32,000 nt of DNA from NCBI GenBank assembly GCA_038889235.1, contig JAWAHN010000002.1, positions 314,356-346,355 on the forward strand. Reading direction: 5' to 3'. The DNA is from Candidatus Jordarchaeales archaeon. GTDB taxonomy: Archaea; Asgardarchaeota; Jordiarchaeia; Jordiarchaeales; Freyrarchaeaceae. The notes beneath the pieces are model-generated. The model made no database searches. It had not been told where the DNA came from and was given only the letters and a program-made list of their open reading frames with translations. The translations under genes were made by a program, and so were the position numbers. Shown in pieces: positions 7,903 to 17,788 of this stretch (position 1 is its first letter; each line of letters starts with the position of its first letter).

Positions 7903-10005
7903 TTGAATAATCTTAGGGCATTGTTTAGGCCTTCAAGCATAGCAGTGGTCGGCGCGTCGAGAAGCAAGGGGAAGGTCGGCTACGAAATTCTAAGGAACAT
8001 AGTTGAAGGAGGATACCCTGGAAAGATTTTCCCCGTGAACCCTAACGCAGACCAGATCTTAGGACTACCCTGCTACCCAAGCGTGGAATCCATAGGTGAA
8101 GAGGTTGAACTGGCGGTCGTAGTTGTCCCAGCAAAGCTAGTCCCCGAGGTAGCTGAGGACTGCGGGAAGGCCGGTGTCAAGTGCCTAGTAGTAATAAGTG
8201 CCGGCTTCAAGGAGACTGGTTACGAAGGAGCCAAGCTTGAGAACCAGCTTGTATCCATAGTCAGAGAGTACGGCATGAGAATGCTTGGACCAAACGTCGT
8301 CGGAGTTGCCGACACTCACACTCCCTTAAACGCGACCTTTGCAGCCAAAGCCCCATTAAAGGGAAACATAGCTTTTGCCTCGCAGAGTGGCGCCATGCTA
8401 ACCTCAATACTAGACTGGTCCATGAACGAGGGCATAGGGTTCAGCAAGATCGTAAGTTTGGGCAACAAAGCCGACATAGACGAAACCGACATATTGGAGT
8501 TTCTAGCGGAGGACGAGGAAACAAGAGTCATTTTAATGTACTTGGAGGACGTGAAGAGGGGGGGCGAGTTCTTCAGAAAGGCGAAAAACGCTGTTAGAAA
8601 AAAACCTGTGATCATCCTAAAGTCTGGCAGGAGCGTCGCGGGTTCCAGGGCTGTCGCGTCCCACACGGGTGCGCTAGCTGGAAGCGACAGAGCCTACACA
8701 ACAGCCTTCGAACAGATAGGCGTGATAAGAGTAGATAAAGTTGAGGAACTCTTCGACCTCGCAGTGGCGTTATCCAAGCAGCCACTGCCCGACGTGGAAG
8801 AAGTGGTAGTAGTGACCAATGCAGGTGGGCCAGGAATAGTGACCGCCGACGCCTGCGAGGAAAGGAAAATCAAACTTGCCTCCCTAAAGGAGGAAACTAT
8901 AAGGAGACTTAGGGACGCGCTACCCCCGGCATCATCAATCTACAACCCGGTGGACGTGCTTGGTGACGCCGATGAGCAACGCTACAGGAAGGCCCTCGAA
9001 ATAGTGCTTGAGGACCAGGGAGTTGGAGGATGCATTGTGATCTTAACTCCACAAGCTATGACGAACTCCATGAACGTCGCAGCTACAATCGCCCAGATCA
9101 GCAAAAAGCACGCCAAACCTATCCTGGCGGTCTTCATGGGTGGAGAAAGTGTGCTTGAAGCCAACAGGTTCCTTTCACTTAACGGAATCCCATGCTACTT
9201 TTTCCCTGAAAGAGCTGTCAGCGCCCTGTCAGGCATGATAAAGTACTCGAAGGTGAAAAGACGGGACTACGGGGAAGAATACGTCTCATTCAACGTGAAC
9301 AAGGATAAAGTGAAAGATGTTTTAAGGGCAGCCCGCAACGATGGAAGAACAGTCCTGCTGGCACACGAAGCCTTTGCCGTGGTGTCAGCCTACGGTATAC
9401 CCGTTCCACAGGGTGACATAGCTAGGAGCGAGGACGAGGCTGTGGAAATAGCCGACAAAGTCGGCTACCCAGTGGCTATGAAAGTGGTCTCCCCACAGAT
9501 ACTCCACAAAACAGAAGTGGGTGGAGTGCTGTTAAACCTTCACAGACCAGAGGACGTAAGACGCGGCTACCTCTCAATTCTTTCAAACATACGCAAGTAT
9601 GCTCCTCACGCCAGAGTCTACGGCATCTATGTTCAGAGGATGGTTGAACAGGGGAAGGAGTTTATAGTTGGCATGAGCCGTGACCTCACGTGGGGGCCCA
9701 TGCTGGCTTTCGGCTTGGGAGGAATATATGTAAACTTGATCGAAGATGTATCGTTTAGAATAGCCCCTGTGACGAGGAGCGAAGCGATCCAAATGGTGAA
9801 AGAGACAAAAGCGTACAGGCTTATCCAGGGGTTTAGAGGGGGACAACCACTTGACCTAGAAGCTATACTGGACACGATACTCAAGGTTTCGCAGCTCTCC
9901 ACGGATTTCCCTGAGATAAACGAGATAGATATAAACCCACTTTTCGCTTACCCGAAAGGTTGTATTGCGCTTGACGTCAAAATAACGATAGAGAAGGAGG
10001 GTTAA
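7903..10005 (+). CDS. acd: ADP-forming acetate/acyl-CoA ligase, fused alpha-beta form
   Basis: CoA-binding N-terminus (SIAVVGAS...VNP), SQSGA, SLGNKAD, ASHTGALAG (phospho-His), TNAGGPG, YNPVDVLGDA, and a C-terminal ATP-grasp (GYPVAMKVVSPQILHKTEVGGV...EIDINPL). Confidence 0.92.
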   Translation: MNNLRALFRPSSIAVVGASRSKGKVGYEILRNIVEGGYPGKIFPVNPNADQILGLPCYPSVESIGEEVELAVVVVPAKLVPEVAEDCGKAGVKCLVVISAGFKETGYEGAKLENQLVSIVREYGMRMLGPNVVGVADTHTPLNATFAAKAPLKGNIAFASQSGAMLTSILDWSMNEGIGFSKIVSLGNKADIDETDILEFLAEDEETRVILMYLEDVKRGGEFFRKAKNAVRKKPVIILKSGRSVAGSRAVASHTGALAGSDRAYTTAFEQIGVIRVDKVEELFDLAVALSKQPLPDVEEVVVVTNAGGPGIVTADACEERKIKLASLKEETIRRLRDALPPASSIYNPVDVLGDADEQRYRKALEIVLEDQGVGGCIVILTPQAMTNSMNVAATIAQISKKHAKPILAVFMGGESVLEANRFLSLNGIPCYFFPERAVSALSGMIKYSKVKRRDYGEEYVSFNVNKDKVKDVLRAARNDGRTVLLAHEAFAVVSAYGIPVPQGDIARSEDEAVEIADKVGYPVAMKVVSPQILHKTEVGGVLLNLHRPEDVRRGYLSILSNIRKYAPHARVYGIYVQRMVEQGKEFIVGMSRDLTWGPMLAFGLGGIYVNLIEDVSFRIAPVTRSEAIQMVKETKAYRLIQGFRGGQPLDLEAILDTILKVSQLSTDFPEINEIDINPLFAYPKGCIALDVKITIEKEG

Positions 10006-10008
10006 AAA

Positions 10009-11079
10009 ATGGGAGACGTGAAAAAAGTGTTGGTTTCAGGTGTTAGGTATAGTGGGAAAACCGCAATGTGCCTGGCCCTAGCTTTACTGTTCAAGGATGA
10101 GGGGCTGAAGGTAAGCTACTTCAAGCCCGTTGGGTGGACTTCTAAGCCTGGCGGAGTAGACGAGGACGCCCTTCTCATAAAAGAAGCACTCGGCATGGAA
10201 CACCCCATCGAAGTAATTTCCCCTATAGTTCTCGACGCCTATTACCTCAACAGGCTTTACAAGGGGGAGCTGGCTGACGTAGAAAGGAAAATAGAGGACG
10301 CTTACCACAAGCTTAGCAAAAACGCAGACGTGATGCTTATCGAGGGGGGACATGCCCCAGTCGCTTTCTACAGCGGGAGAATATCATCCTTTCACATAGC
10401 GAGGATGCTCGGCGCCAGCGTCCTAATAGTGAACACCTTTAGAAGTGATCTGACGCTGGACGTCGTGCTAGCTCAAGCCGAAATGTTTCGGCTTACGGGC
10501 TCAAAGGTGATGGGTGCTATATTCAACAACGTCCCAATCGTAATACTAAAGAAAGTCAAGGGAATGGTCAGTGAAATCGCTGAGAAAAACGGGGTCCGCG
10601 TGTGGGGGGTGGTTGAGGAGGACAGACACTTAACATCCCCCACGGTCAGAGAGGTGTGTGAGGTTCTTGATGGGGAAATACTCGAAGAGGGAGACATGGA
10701 TAGAATAGTTGAGGACGTGCTCGTTGGTGCTATGAGCGTTGAAACCGCCCTTAACTACTTCAGGAGGGGGGTCAACAAGGTTGTTATAACAGGCGGAGAC
10801 AGGGCAGATGTTGCGCTTGCGGCTCTAGAAACAGACACCAGCATGCTCGTACTCACAGGAAACTTGTACCCTGACGTGCGTGTTCTAGCTAGGGCGCGTG
10901 AAGCCGGCGTGACGGTTGTGCTTGTCCCCTATGACACCTACACGGCGGTTCAAAGATTGAACGAGGTCGGAGGACGCATAAAACCTGGAGACAAAAAGAA
11001 GATTAATATAGCTGTGGAAAAGGTCAAACGCGAGACGGACTGGAAAGGGTTATTGAACGCCATAATGGGGGAAGAATGA
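10009..11079 (+). CDS. Phosphotransacetylase-family protein (BioD-like P-loop plus DRTGG domain; no Pta catalytic domain)
   Basis: SGKTAMCLAL...YFKPVG, IEGG, VLVGAM and ITGGDRADV...LVLTGNLYP. The 356 aa cover only the N-terminal part of E. coli-type Pta. Confidence 0.85.
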   Translation: MGDVKKVLVSGVRYSGKTAMCLALALLFKDEGLKVSYFKPVGWTSKPGGVDEDALLIKEALGMEHPIEVISPIVLDAYYLNRLYKGELADVERKIEDAYHKLSKNADVMLIEGGHAPVAFYSGRISSFHIARMLGASVLIVNTFRSDLTLDVVLAQAEMFRLTGSKVMGAIFNNVPIVILKKVKGMVSEIAEKNGVRVWGVVEEDRHLTSPTVREVCEVLDGEILEEGDMDRIVEDVLVGAMSVETALNYFRRGVNKVVITGGDRADVALAALETDTSMLVLTGNLYPDVRVLARAREAGVTVVLVPYDTYTAVQRLNEVGGRIKPGDKKKINIAVEKVKRETDWKGLLNAIMGEE

Positions 11080-11802
11080 GTGGAGTTCCTGCTGGAACGA
11101 ATGACATGGAAGGAGGTTGAAGAAGCCGTTAAGCGCGCGGCGGGCGTCATAGTCCCATTCGGAGCAACAGAAGAGCATGGCCTCCACCTCCCTATCTCCA
11201 CCGACAACATCATAACGTACGAGCTTGTTTGTAGGGCGGCGGAGAAGACGGGCTTCCTAGTGGCGCCAATTGTCAACTACGGTGTCTGTAGGGCAACGAG
11301 AGGGTTCCCGGGAACCATAGCGTTAAGGTTCGAGACTCTTAAGCAGCTTGTGTTGGACATAATATCCGACCTCGCCGCGTCCGGCTTCAAGAAAATAGTC
11401 CTCTTCAGTTTCCACGCAAGTAACGCCCACCTCACAGCTATAAAGGAAGCTGCACTCGACTTTTCTCTCAACAGCAGAGACGCTAAAGTCTACTTTGTGT
11501 CCAGCGCAGAATTAGCCTCGGAGGAAATGTCGAAAATGCTTGAAACACCACCATACCACGCTTGTGAAGCCGAAACATCACTAATGCTTCACCTGAAACC
11601 CGAACTAGTACGCGTCGACAAAATAGAAGACGAGAGACCTCAAACTCCACCCTTCCTCGTAGTCCCAACGTGGAAGCCGTGGATGAAAACCGGAGTCATA
11701 GGAGAGCCAACCCATGCAACCAGAGAGAAAGGAGAAAAAATGTTCAACGCATTAATCAAGAAACTCATAGAAGTGCTCGAAATAATAAAAAGCCAGCCGT
11801 GA
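11080..11802 (+). CDS. Creatininase-family amidohydrolase (possibly an ArfB-like deformylase)
   Basis: PFGATEEHGLHLPISTD, GFPGTI and HACEAETS metal-binding motifs. Starts immediately after the upstream stop codon. Confidence 0.85.
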   Translation: MEFLLERMTWKEVEEAVKRAAGVIVPFGATEEHGLHLPISTDNIITYELVCRAAEKTGFLVAPIVNYGVCRATRGFPGTIALRFETLKQLVLDIISDLAASGFKKIVLFSFHASNAHLTAIKEAALDFSLNSRDAKVYFVSSAELASEEMSKMLETPPYHACEAETSLMLHLKPELVRVDKIEDERPQTPPFLVVPTWKPWMKTGVIGEPTHATREKGEKMFNALIKKLIEVLEIIKSQP

Positions 11803-11813
11803 AAAGGGGGAAA

Positions 11814-12086
11814 TTACCACTTCTCCCCCTTCCGCACCAAGTACTTCACAGGAATATCCTGGTACGTCCCATCCGGAAGACGGCGCCTTATAGTTATCGG
11901 CAGGACGCCGCTTTCCAGCTCAATCCTAGCAACAGCAACAGGGTCCTTAACGTCCGGAGGCAAGTCTATCAGTATGGGGGCACCCAGCGAGATCTGCAAC
12001 ACGCGTGCACTGAGAACCCTCGACTTCTCGAACCGCGTTAACCACGGCGGCCCTATCTTGATAACGAAATCCCCCGTGGCAATAAT
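11814..12086 (-). CDS. rpoK: DNA-directed RNA polymerase subunit Rpo6/K; start codon uncertain (ATT proposed)
   Basis: The frame reads ...KIGPPWLTRFEKSRVLSARVLQISLGAP...DPVAVARIEL...PITIRRRLPDG, a TACK/RPB6-like Rpo6. Homology extends about 28 codons upstream of the GTG at 12002 called by the ORF track, to an in-frame TAA at 12092-12090. Confidence 0.9.
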   Translation of the reverse strand: MIATGDFVIKIGPPWLTRFEKSRVLSARVLQISLGAPILIDLPPDVKDPVAVARIELESGVLPITIRRRLPDGTYQDIPVKYLVRKGEKW

Positions 12087-12191
12087 ACTTTAGCCTCCGT
12101 TCAACTTATGGCGTCTAAAAAGAAAAAAACATACTTTTTAAAATTTTCCCAAAAAGAAGGTGGGTGGTCGGGCAAAAAGCGGAGGGAAAGT

Positions 12192-13847
12192 CTAGTCTAT
12201 GGAGCTGCTCTCCTTCTCCTCCTCTTCCTCAGACGTCTTCTCACCGCTCGGTCCAGTTTCACTCTTTGCCGCTGAAGCCGCTATCACGTCGTCGATTCTC
12301 AGTATTAACGCTGCAGCCTCAGTCGAAGACTTCAACGCCTGCTTCTTAACCAGCGCAGGCTCCCACACACTCATCTCAGCCATGTCCACAACTTTGCCGC
12401 TGAACACGTCAACACCGTAAGTCACCTTGCCCTTCTCGTGCGCCGCCCTCAGCTCAGCTAGAATGTCAATCGGGTCAAGCCCAGCATTCTCAGCGAGCGT
12501 CTTAGGTATAACCTCAATCGCCTCAGCGAACTGCTTCACGGCAAGCTGCTCTCTGCCACTCAGCGTCTCAGCATACTCTTTAAGTCTCTTAGCAATCTCA
12601 ATCTCTGGAGCCCCACCGCCAGCAACTACACGTCCATCCTCAACCACAGCTTTCACGACGCAAAGCGCATCGTGTATCGAGCGCTCGGCTTCTTCGACAA
12701 CCAGCTCCGTACCACCTCTGACCAAGATGCTCACAGCCCTCGGATTCTTGCATCCTTCTACAAACACCATCTCGTCGTCGCCAATCTTCTTTTCGTAGAC
12801 CACTGCTGCCTCACCGAGATCCTTCTCACTTAGGTCCTCAAGGTTTGTCACTATGTTTCCACCAGTAGCCTTCGCGAGCTTCTCCATGTCACTCTTCTTA
12901 ATCCTTCGCACCGCAAGAATCCCAGCCTTCGCCAAGAAGTGCTGAGCCAAGTCATCAATACCCTTCTGGCAGAGAACCACGTTAGCACCGGTCTTCACAA
13001 TCTTGTTCACCATCTCTTCAATCATCCTCTGCTCCTCATCAAGGAAACTCTTCATCTGCTCCGGTGAAGTAATGTTAATCTTAGCGTCAAACTCAGTCTT
13101 CTCAATCTCCAACGGACAGGCCAGCAAAGCAATCTTCGCATTCTCAACGCGCTTCGGCATCCCCGGGTGCACAACCTCCTTGTCAAGCACTATGCCCTCA
13201 ATGAACATCGTATCATCAAGACTCTCCCCTTCCTTCTTCTCCACCTTAATGTTGTCAAGGTCAACCTTCCACTCACTGTTAACCCTCTCCGCAACCTTCC
13301 TCACAGCCTTCACCGCAATCTCAGCCAGGTAATCCCTTGACCCCGAAACCATCTTACTGCACATCGCCGTCATAGCAACCTTCTTAAGCATCTCCTCGTC
13401 ATCCGGGTCAACCCTAACCGAAATACTGTCAATAACCTCCAAAGCCTTCTCCAAAGCCTTCCTGTAACCATCAACGATCACAGTCGGATGCACATCCTGG
13501 TCCAACAACACCTCAGCATTCTTGAGAAGCTCACCAGCTAACACAACCGCTGTCGTTGTACCATCACCCACCTCTTGATCTTGCGTCTTCGCAACGTTAA
13601 CCATCATCTTCGCCGCAGGATGCTGCACATCTATCTCTTTTAGTATAGTCGCTCCATCGTTCGTGATCACCACGTCCCCGAAGCTGTCGACGAGCATCTT
13701 GTCCATTCCGAGGGGGCCAAGTGATGTCCGAACTGCCTCCGCGATTACTCTGGCCGCCATGATGTTTGTCCTTTGTGCGTCTCTACCAGCAGCTCTTCTA
13801 GTTCCCTCCTTTAGTATGAGGACTGGGGTTCCACTTAGCATAGCCAT
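12192..13847 (-). CDS. ths: Thermosome (group II chaperonin) subunit
   Basis: [44 protein letters not shown] and [11 protein letters not shown] at 13847 after GGAGG. Confidence 0.97.
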   Translation of the reverse strand: MAMLSGTPVLILKEGTRRAAGRDAQRTNIMAARVIAEAVRTSLGPLGMDKMLVDSFGDVVITNDGATILKEIDVQHPAAKMMVNVAKTQDQEVGDGTTTAVVLAGELLKNAEVLLDQDVHPTVIVDGYRKALEKALEVIDSISVRVDPDDEEMLKKVAMTAMCSKMVSGSRDYLAEIAVKAVRKVAERVNSEWKVDLDNIKVEKKEGESLDDTMFIEGIVLDKEVVHPGMPKRVENAKIALLACPLEIEKTEFDAKINITSPEQMKSFLDEEQRMIEEMVNKIVKTGANVVLCQKGIDDLAQHFLAKAGILAVRRIKKSDMEKLAKATGGNIVTNLEDLSEKDLGEAAVVYEKKIGDDEMVFVEGCKNPRAVSILVRGGTELVVEEAERSIHDALCVVKAVVEDGRVVAGGGAPEIEIAKRLKEYAETLSGREQLAVKQFAEAIEVIPKTLAENAGLDPIDILAELRAAHEKGKVTYGVDVFSGKVVDMAEMSVWEPALVKKQALKSSTEAAALILRIDDVIAASAAKSETGPSGEKTSEEEEEKESSSID

Positions 13848-13904
13848 AACGAATCCCTCCTTAAACACTCACAGAGAAGTCATAAATTGGTGAAAATGCA
13901 CTTC

Positions 13905-13912
13905 TATATAAA
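13905..13912 (-). promoter_or_regulatory. Probable TATA box of the thermosome gene
   Basis: Minus-strand TTTATATA about 58 nt upstream of the ATG. Positional inference only. Confidence 0.5.
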
Positions 13913-14720
13913 GTTAACGGATCACTCATTACGTCCTCATACTCGTTTATCCACTCGCTTTTCTATTGCTTGTCGAGATCGTTTTCCATCCAGTAGAACG
14001 AGGAGTCGTTTGTCTTCCAATGGTGAACACTTTGTTAGCCGGCATCTTGCACTTCTAACGTAGGTTGTTTATTTTTAACTTTAGACTGGAGGGCTTCAAA
14101 TCTCCCTTGTCGTGGAGCTAATTAAAAATAGTGTTATGTGCCGGTAGGGACTGTTGTGTGGCTTTGAAGGGTTTGATGAAGTCTTCAACTAAGGTGGTAG
14201 GGTTGTGGTAGGCTTCGGTCAAGGGCCTGTGGGAGTTCGAAGTTAAACGGGAAGATGGGAGGTCGGGTAGCAGTTATCGCGCAATAGACTTTACATGTCT
14301 TATTTCTAAACGAGACGGCTAATGAAAATGGGTTGAAAAACGTCTGGATGCGCTTAAGTGGTGAGCTAATGGTTATTAAATAGCACTCCCCGGAGAACAC
14401 CTGGCGTTTGTCGGTAACGTGTCCGCCCCTTGACGGGGGACTGTGTTCACTTGAAGGCTTCAACATGATAGTTATTGTAGCAGTTGTCCGCCGAGAAACC
14501 TAAAACCTAGTTGGCCCGGGGGGCTCCTAGAAGAACGCGGGGAGTAGAAAATGTAATGGTGAGGTTAAAATTATGCTGAGTGAGTGCTCATGAGGGTAAG
14601 CTTGATGGAAGGAAGTGTCTGGCTGATAAAAATCCAGACAGCCCCGACGAAGGGAAGTGGACTCTTGGGAGACTTATTTTGTTAATGTTTTGGCTGACAT
14701 GAAAAAGGTGGAGCGTGTGT

Positions 14721-15185
14721 TCACGTAGTTTTGCTCAAGAGGTTTGTTATCAGTTTGGCTAACTCCTCTGGGCTTAGCCCTGCCTCTCTGAGCTTCTTCA
14801 CTACAGTCTCAAGCTCGCTTTCAACCTTCTGGACTTCGGCTATTGAAACTTTTTTCTCCTCTACTGGCTTTTTCTCAGTCTCCCTGAACGACACGGTGAA
14901 GGTCTTCACGGGCTTCATTTCGTACACTTCTACGGTAGCTGAGACAGGATTAAACTCGCCGTGCGGTCCGGTTTCGTACTCTATCGTAAGTCTTGTAGGC
15001 TTGTCACTCACGCCTTCGGCGTTCATTCTCTCAACAAGCTTCGAAGCCATCTCGGTCCAAGCTTTTACGTTCCTAGCCTTAATGTCCTCTGAGGCATTCT
15101 TGGAAAAGACGGAGTAGAACCACCTCTTAGCCCTAAACACTGCACCTCTACCAGTTGGAGTAAGTCTAAACCTCTGGGCAGGCAT
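14721..15185 (-). CDS. Hypothetical protein, 154 aa, with a charged helical C-terminus
   Basis: ATG start preceded by GGGTGGG and an AT-rich promoter-like tract; protein-like composition. No family confidently recognised. Confidence 0.7.
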   Translation of the reverse strand: MPAQRFRLTPTGRGAVFRAKRWFYSVFSKNASEDIKARNVKAWTEMASKLVERMNAEGVSDKPTRLTIEYETGPHGEFNPVSATVEVYEMKPVKTFTVSFRETEKKPVEEKKVSIAEVQKVESELETVVKKLREAGLSPEELAKLITNLLSKTT

Positions 15186-15623
15186 ACTAAACCCACCCAG
15201 AATTTTTTGTCATATATATGTATTATATATGTACTCCTGAAAATAACTATAAAAAATGTAAAATTAAAACTTTTTCACATAGCGAAAGCCGCAATAAGCG
15301 CGCAAATGCTCTAATCAAGTATCGAACAAAATGTCTGGAAATAAAAGCTCTTCAAGTAGTTACAAGGATCTGCTTAAAGTAATACCTTGCTAGATGAGGG
15401 CATAACTCGTATCGAGAGTTTGGGTTTGCGTCATGAAAAGGAGAAATGTGAAGAGGGTAGTCAAAGTTGGGTGCTAACCTCCAAATGATTTCCTTTTTGG
15501 AATTCGTTCACACTTGAGACGGAACATCTTTAGAAGCTTTATGACTCGTATTGAAGGGTGCTTGGACCGAGCTAGGTTGGTTGTATGTCCCGGCTTCTAC
15601 CGTCCTGGGGAACCATTTGTTTT

Positions 15624-15878
15624 TCACATCTTCTTTTTTAATAAGTTCTTTTCGATTAAGTCTAAAACTAAGTTTTCAAGTTTGACATACTCGTCGTAGA
15701 AGAGCCGGCTTCTGAGCGAGCCTAGAAGAATTCCTATTTCGAGGGCTTCGATGACACCGCAATCTGTTCCCCCTTCCTCTATACAGTGCATTTTTTCAGC
15801 TAGACTTTTCAAGATGAGGGCATCCTCGTAGCAGATTCCACGCTCGATTACTTCTTTTATCAAGTCCTTCAAATTCAT
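15624..15878 (-). CDS. Hypothetical protein, 84 aa
   Basis: ATG start with GGGGA upstream and a helical, archaeal-like composition. No recognisable motif. Confidence 0.5.
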   Translation of the reverse strand: MNLKDLIKEVIERGICYEDALILKSLAEKMHCIEEGGTDCGVIEALEIGILLGSLRSRLFYDEYVKLENLVLDLIEKNLLKKKM

Positions 15879-16198
15879 GTTAAATCCCCGGAGGTTCTCA
15901 GTTTATTATAGCAGAACACCTCTCAGCTATTTAGGCTTCTCATGAAACCAAAGGGCAGGGTCTTTTAAACTTTTTCGTAAAATCATCCATGCAAATTGAA
16001 AGTTTTTAAATCACTTTGTTTAATTCACTTGTTTCAAACATGTTAATTGAAAATAATTTAACGAGAAATGGCGCCTTAAACCTATATTCCCAGAGCCTCC
16101 AAAAACCCCTTCTTTTTTCTCGTTTGTTTTCCCAAACATTTTTGTGAAGTTCTTTTTCGTATCTTGTTTCTCGGTGTGCTTGAAGGAGGTGCCTTTCT

Positions 16199-17182
16199 TT
16201 GGAAGTTTTGTTTGTTTGCTCCTCCAAGGTGAATGAAAGGTTCCCGCAAAGGGACTTTCATGTATGCCGCGAGCTTAGAAAGCTAGGATGTAAGGTTAGG
16301 ATCGTTAACGCTTATAACCCTTTAATAGGCGCGCTTGGCGTGCTAAAAAACAGGAAAGTTAAGTGCAAGATTTTTTGCGGCTTCAGAGCGGGGTTCATAG
16401 CCCTCCTTCTAAAGCCCCTTATAAAAGAGTACTTGTATGATCTTGTAGAGTGGAAGGCTGATTTGTGTAGAGATAACTGGAAGGGAGTGAAAAGGTTACT
16501 TGTTCCCTTGGTCGAGTTCGTTGACAAGATGATTATTAGGTGTGCTAGAATAGTTTTTAACGCCGACAGAAACTTCATTCACCCCTTTCTACGCGGTCTA
16601 AGCGAGAAGGTTGTTTTTGCTGAAAACGGGTACAACGACGAACTTTTCGACCCCAGCAAGTACGACAGGCTTTCAATTAGGGAGAAACATGGTGTTAATT
16701 TTCCATTAGCAATCTATGTTGGCAAGCTTACCGACATGTATGTGAAGTATCTTGTCCCAGTGATTAAGGCTATGGACATTGTGCGCAAGCACCTTCCAAG
16801 CGCGGAGTTCTGGATAATCGGGGACGGACCTGCTAGAGCCTTTTTAGAGGAGGCCGCTAGGGGTGTTAGCGGTGTCCGCATGCTAGGATACGTGCCTTAC
16901 GAGCGCGTACCCGAGTTTGTTGCGATGGCCGACGTCGGGGTGAACGCCTATAAAACAACGAGTCTAAAGCTTAGAGAGTGGGTTGCAATGGGTCTTCCGA
17001 CTATCGCTCCGCCGGAGGTTAAGTTTCCAGGTGTTACAAACTGTGAATGGACGGAGGAAAAAATCGCCCATAACATTGTGAAGCTTTCAAAAGAGGGGAC
17101 ACGTGTTAAAGTCAAATTGAACACGTGGAAAGACGTTGCATGGATCATGTTGTCCGTGTGCAAGAGGCTATACGGAGATTAA
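16199..17182 (+). CDS. Glycosyltransferase family 4 (GT-B)
   Basis: ENGYNDELF, IYVGKL, IIGDGP, LGYVPYERVPEFVAMADVGV and SLKLREWVAMGLP are typical of the GT4 C-terminal domain. Confidence 0.85.
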   Translation: MEVLFVCSSKVNERFPQRDFHVCRELRKLGCKVRIVNAYNPLIGALGVLKNRKVKCKIFCGFRAGFIALLLKPLIKEYLYDLVEWKADLCRDNWKGVKRLLVPLVEFVDKMIIRCARIVFNADRNFIHPFLRGLSEKVVFAENGYNDELFDPSKYDRLSIREKHGVNFPLAIYVGKLTDMYVKYLVPVIKAMDIVRKHLPSAEFWIIGDGPARAFLEEAARGVSGVRMLGYVPYERVPEFVAMADVGVNAYKTTSLKLREWVAMGLPTIAPPEVKFPGVTNCEWTEEKIAHNIVKLSKEGTRVKVKLNTWKDVAWIMLSVCKRLYGD

Positions 17183-17788
17183 AGCGGCTACCTCTTCGAG
17201 TCTCCTGACCCGTGGCCCCTCATATCCTTTTATCTTGTCCCCTAAGGCAATGAACTTGACACCAGCAGCAAAAGCTGCAGCAAGGTCATACGGGTGATCA
17301 CCAACGTAAACAGCTTCTTCAACTTTAACTCCTAGAAGCATTAAAGCGTGGATTATCGGTTCGGGGTTTGGCTTTGTTTTAAGTGTATCCTCTCTTCCGA
17401 TAGCTACATCGACATATCTTAATAGGCCGGCCTTTTCGAGCGACGCAATTACGCACTTTTTAGAGTTGCGGGAGACCACTCCTATCTTTAAGCCCATCTT
17501 CTTCAACTTCTCCAACAGCTGAAGGGTATCATGCTCCACTATAGGCTTCTCAGCGGCCTCCAGCTCGTACAACTCTACTAACTCGTAGCACATTCTCCTG
17601 AACTCTTCACCTAGCCTGCGTGAGGCCTCTTCTATCCCCTCTATTATTTGGCGAAAGTCGCACTCTACTCCCAGCCTAGACGCATACTCCCTCAGTTTCT
17701 TCCTTAACTCATCGTAGTTTATCGGGAGCTTAAGCAATGTTTCGTCCAAGTCGAAAAGAACCGCTTTTAAACCACTTTGGCCCTCCAC
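17168..17788 (-). CDS. HAD-superfamily hydrolase (phosphoglycolate-phosphatase-like)
   Basis: Motif I DLDETL, motif II VVSRN, motif III KPNPEP and motif IV YVGDHPYD. Confidence 0.88.
   Translation of the reverse strand: MEGQSGLKAVLFDLDETLLKLPINYDELRKKLREYASRLGVECDFRQIIEGIEEASRRLGEEFRRMCYELVELYELEAAEKPIVEHDTLQLLEKLKKMGLKIGVVSRNSKKCVIASLEKAGLLRYVDVAIGREDTLKTKPNPEPIIHALMLLGVKVEEAVYVGDHPYDLAAAFAAGVKFIALGDKIKGYEGPRVRRLEEVAALISV

Noticed and set aside
12040-12090. Second BHB intron that would put TTG 12082 in frame with rpoK
   Set aside because: The best 23-nt candidate has a mismatched central helix, no intron stem, and would delete conserved KI residues.
13921-14030. Amber-interrupted minus-strand frame (HHWKTNDSSFYWMENDLDKQ*KSEWINEYEDVM) as a recoded gene
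   Set aside because: It is short, has an upstream stop and no start, overlaps the thermosome promoter, and has no recognisable homology.
14085-14107. tRNA T-loop-like sequence GGGCTTCAAATCTCCC
   Set aside because: No 5-bp T-stem in register and no acceptor, D or anticodon arms.
15330-15620. Pseudogene in the AT-rich gap
   Set aside because: Several short stop-interrupted frames, none with recognisable homology.
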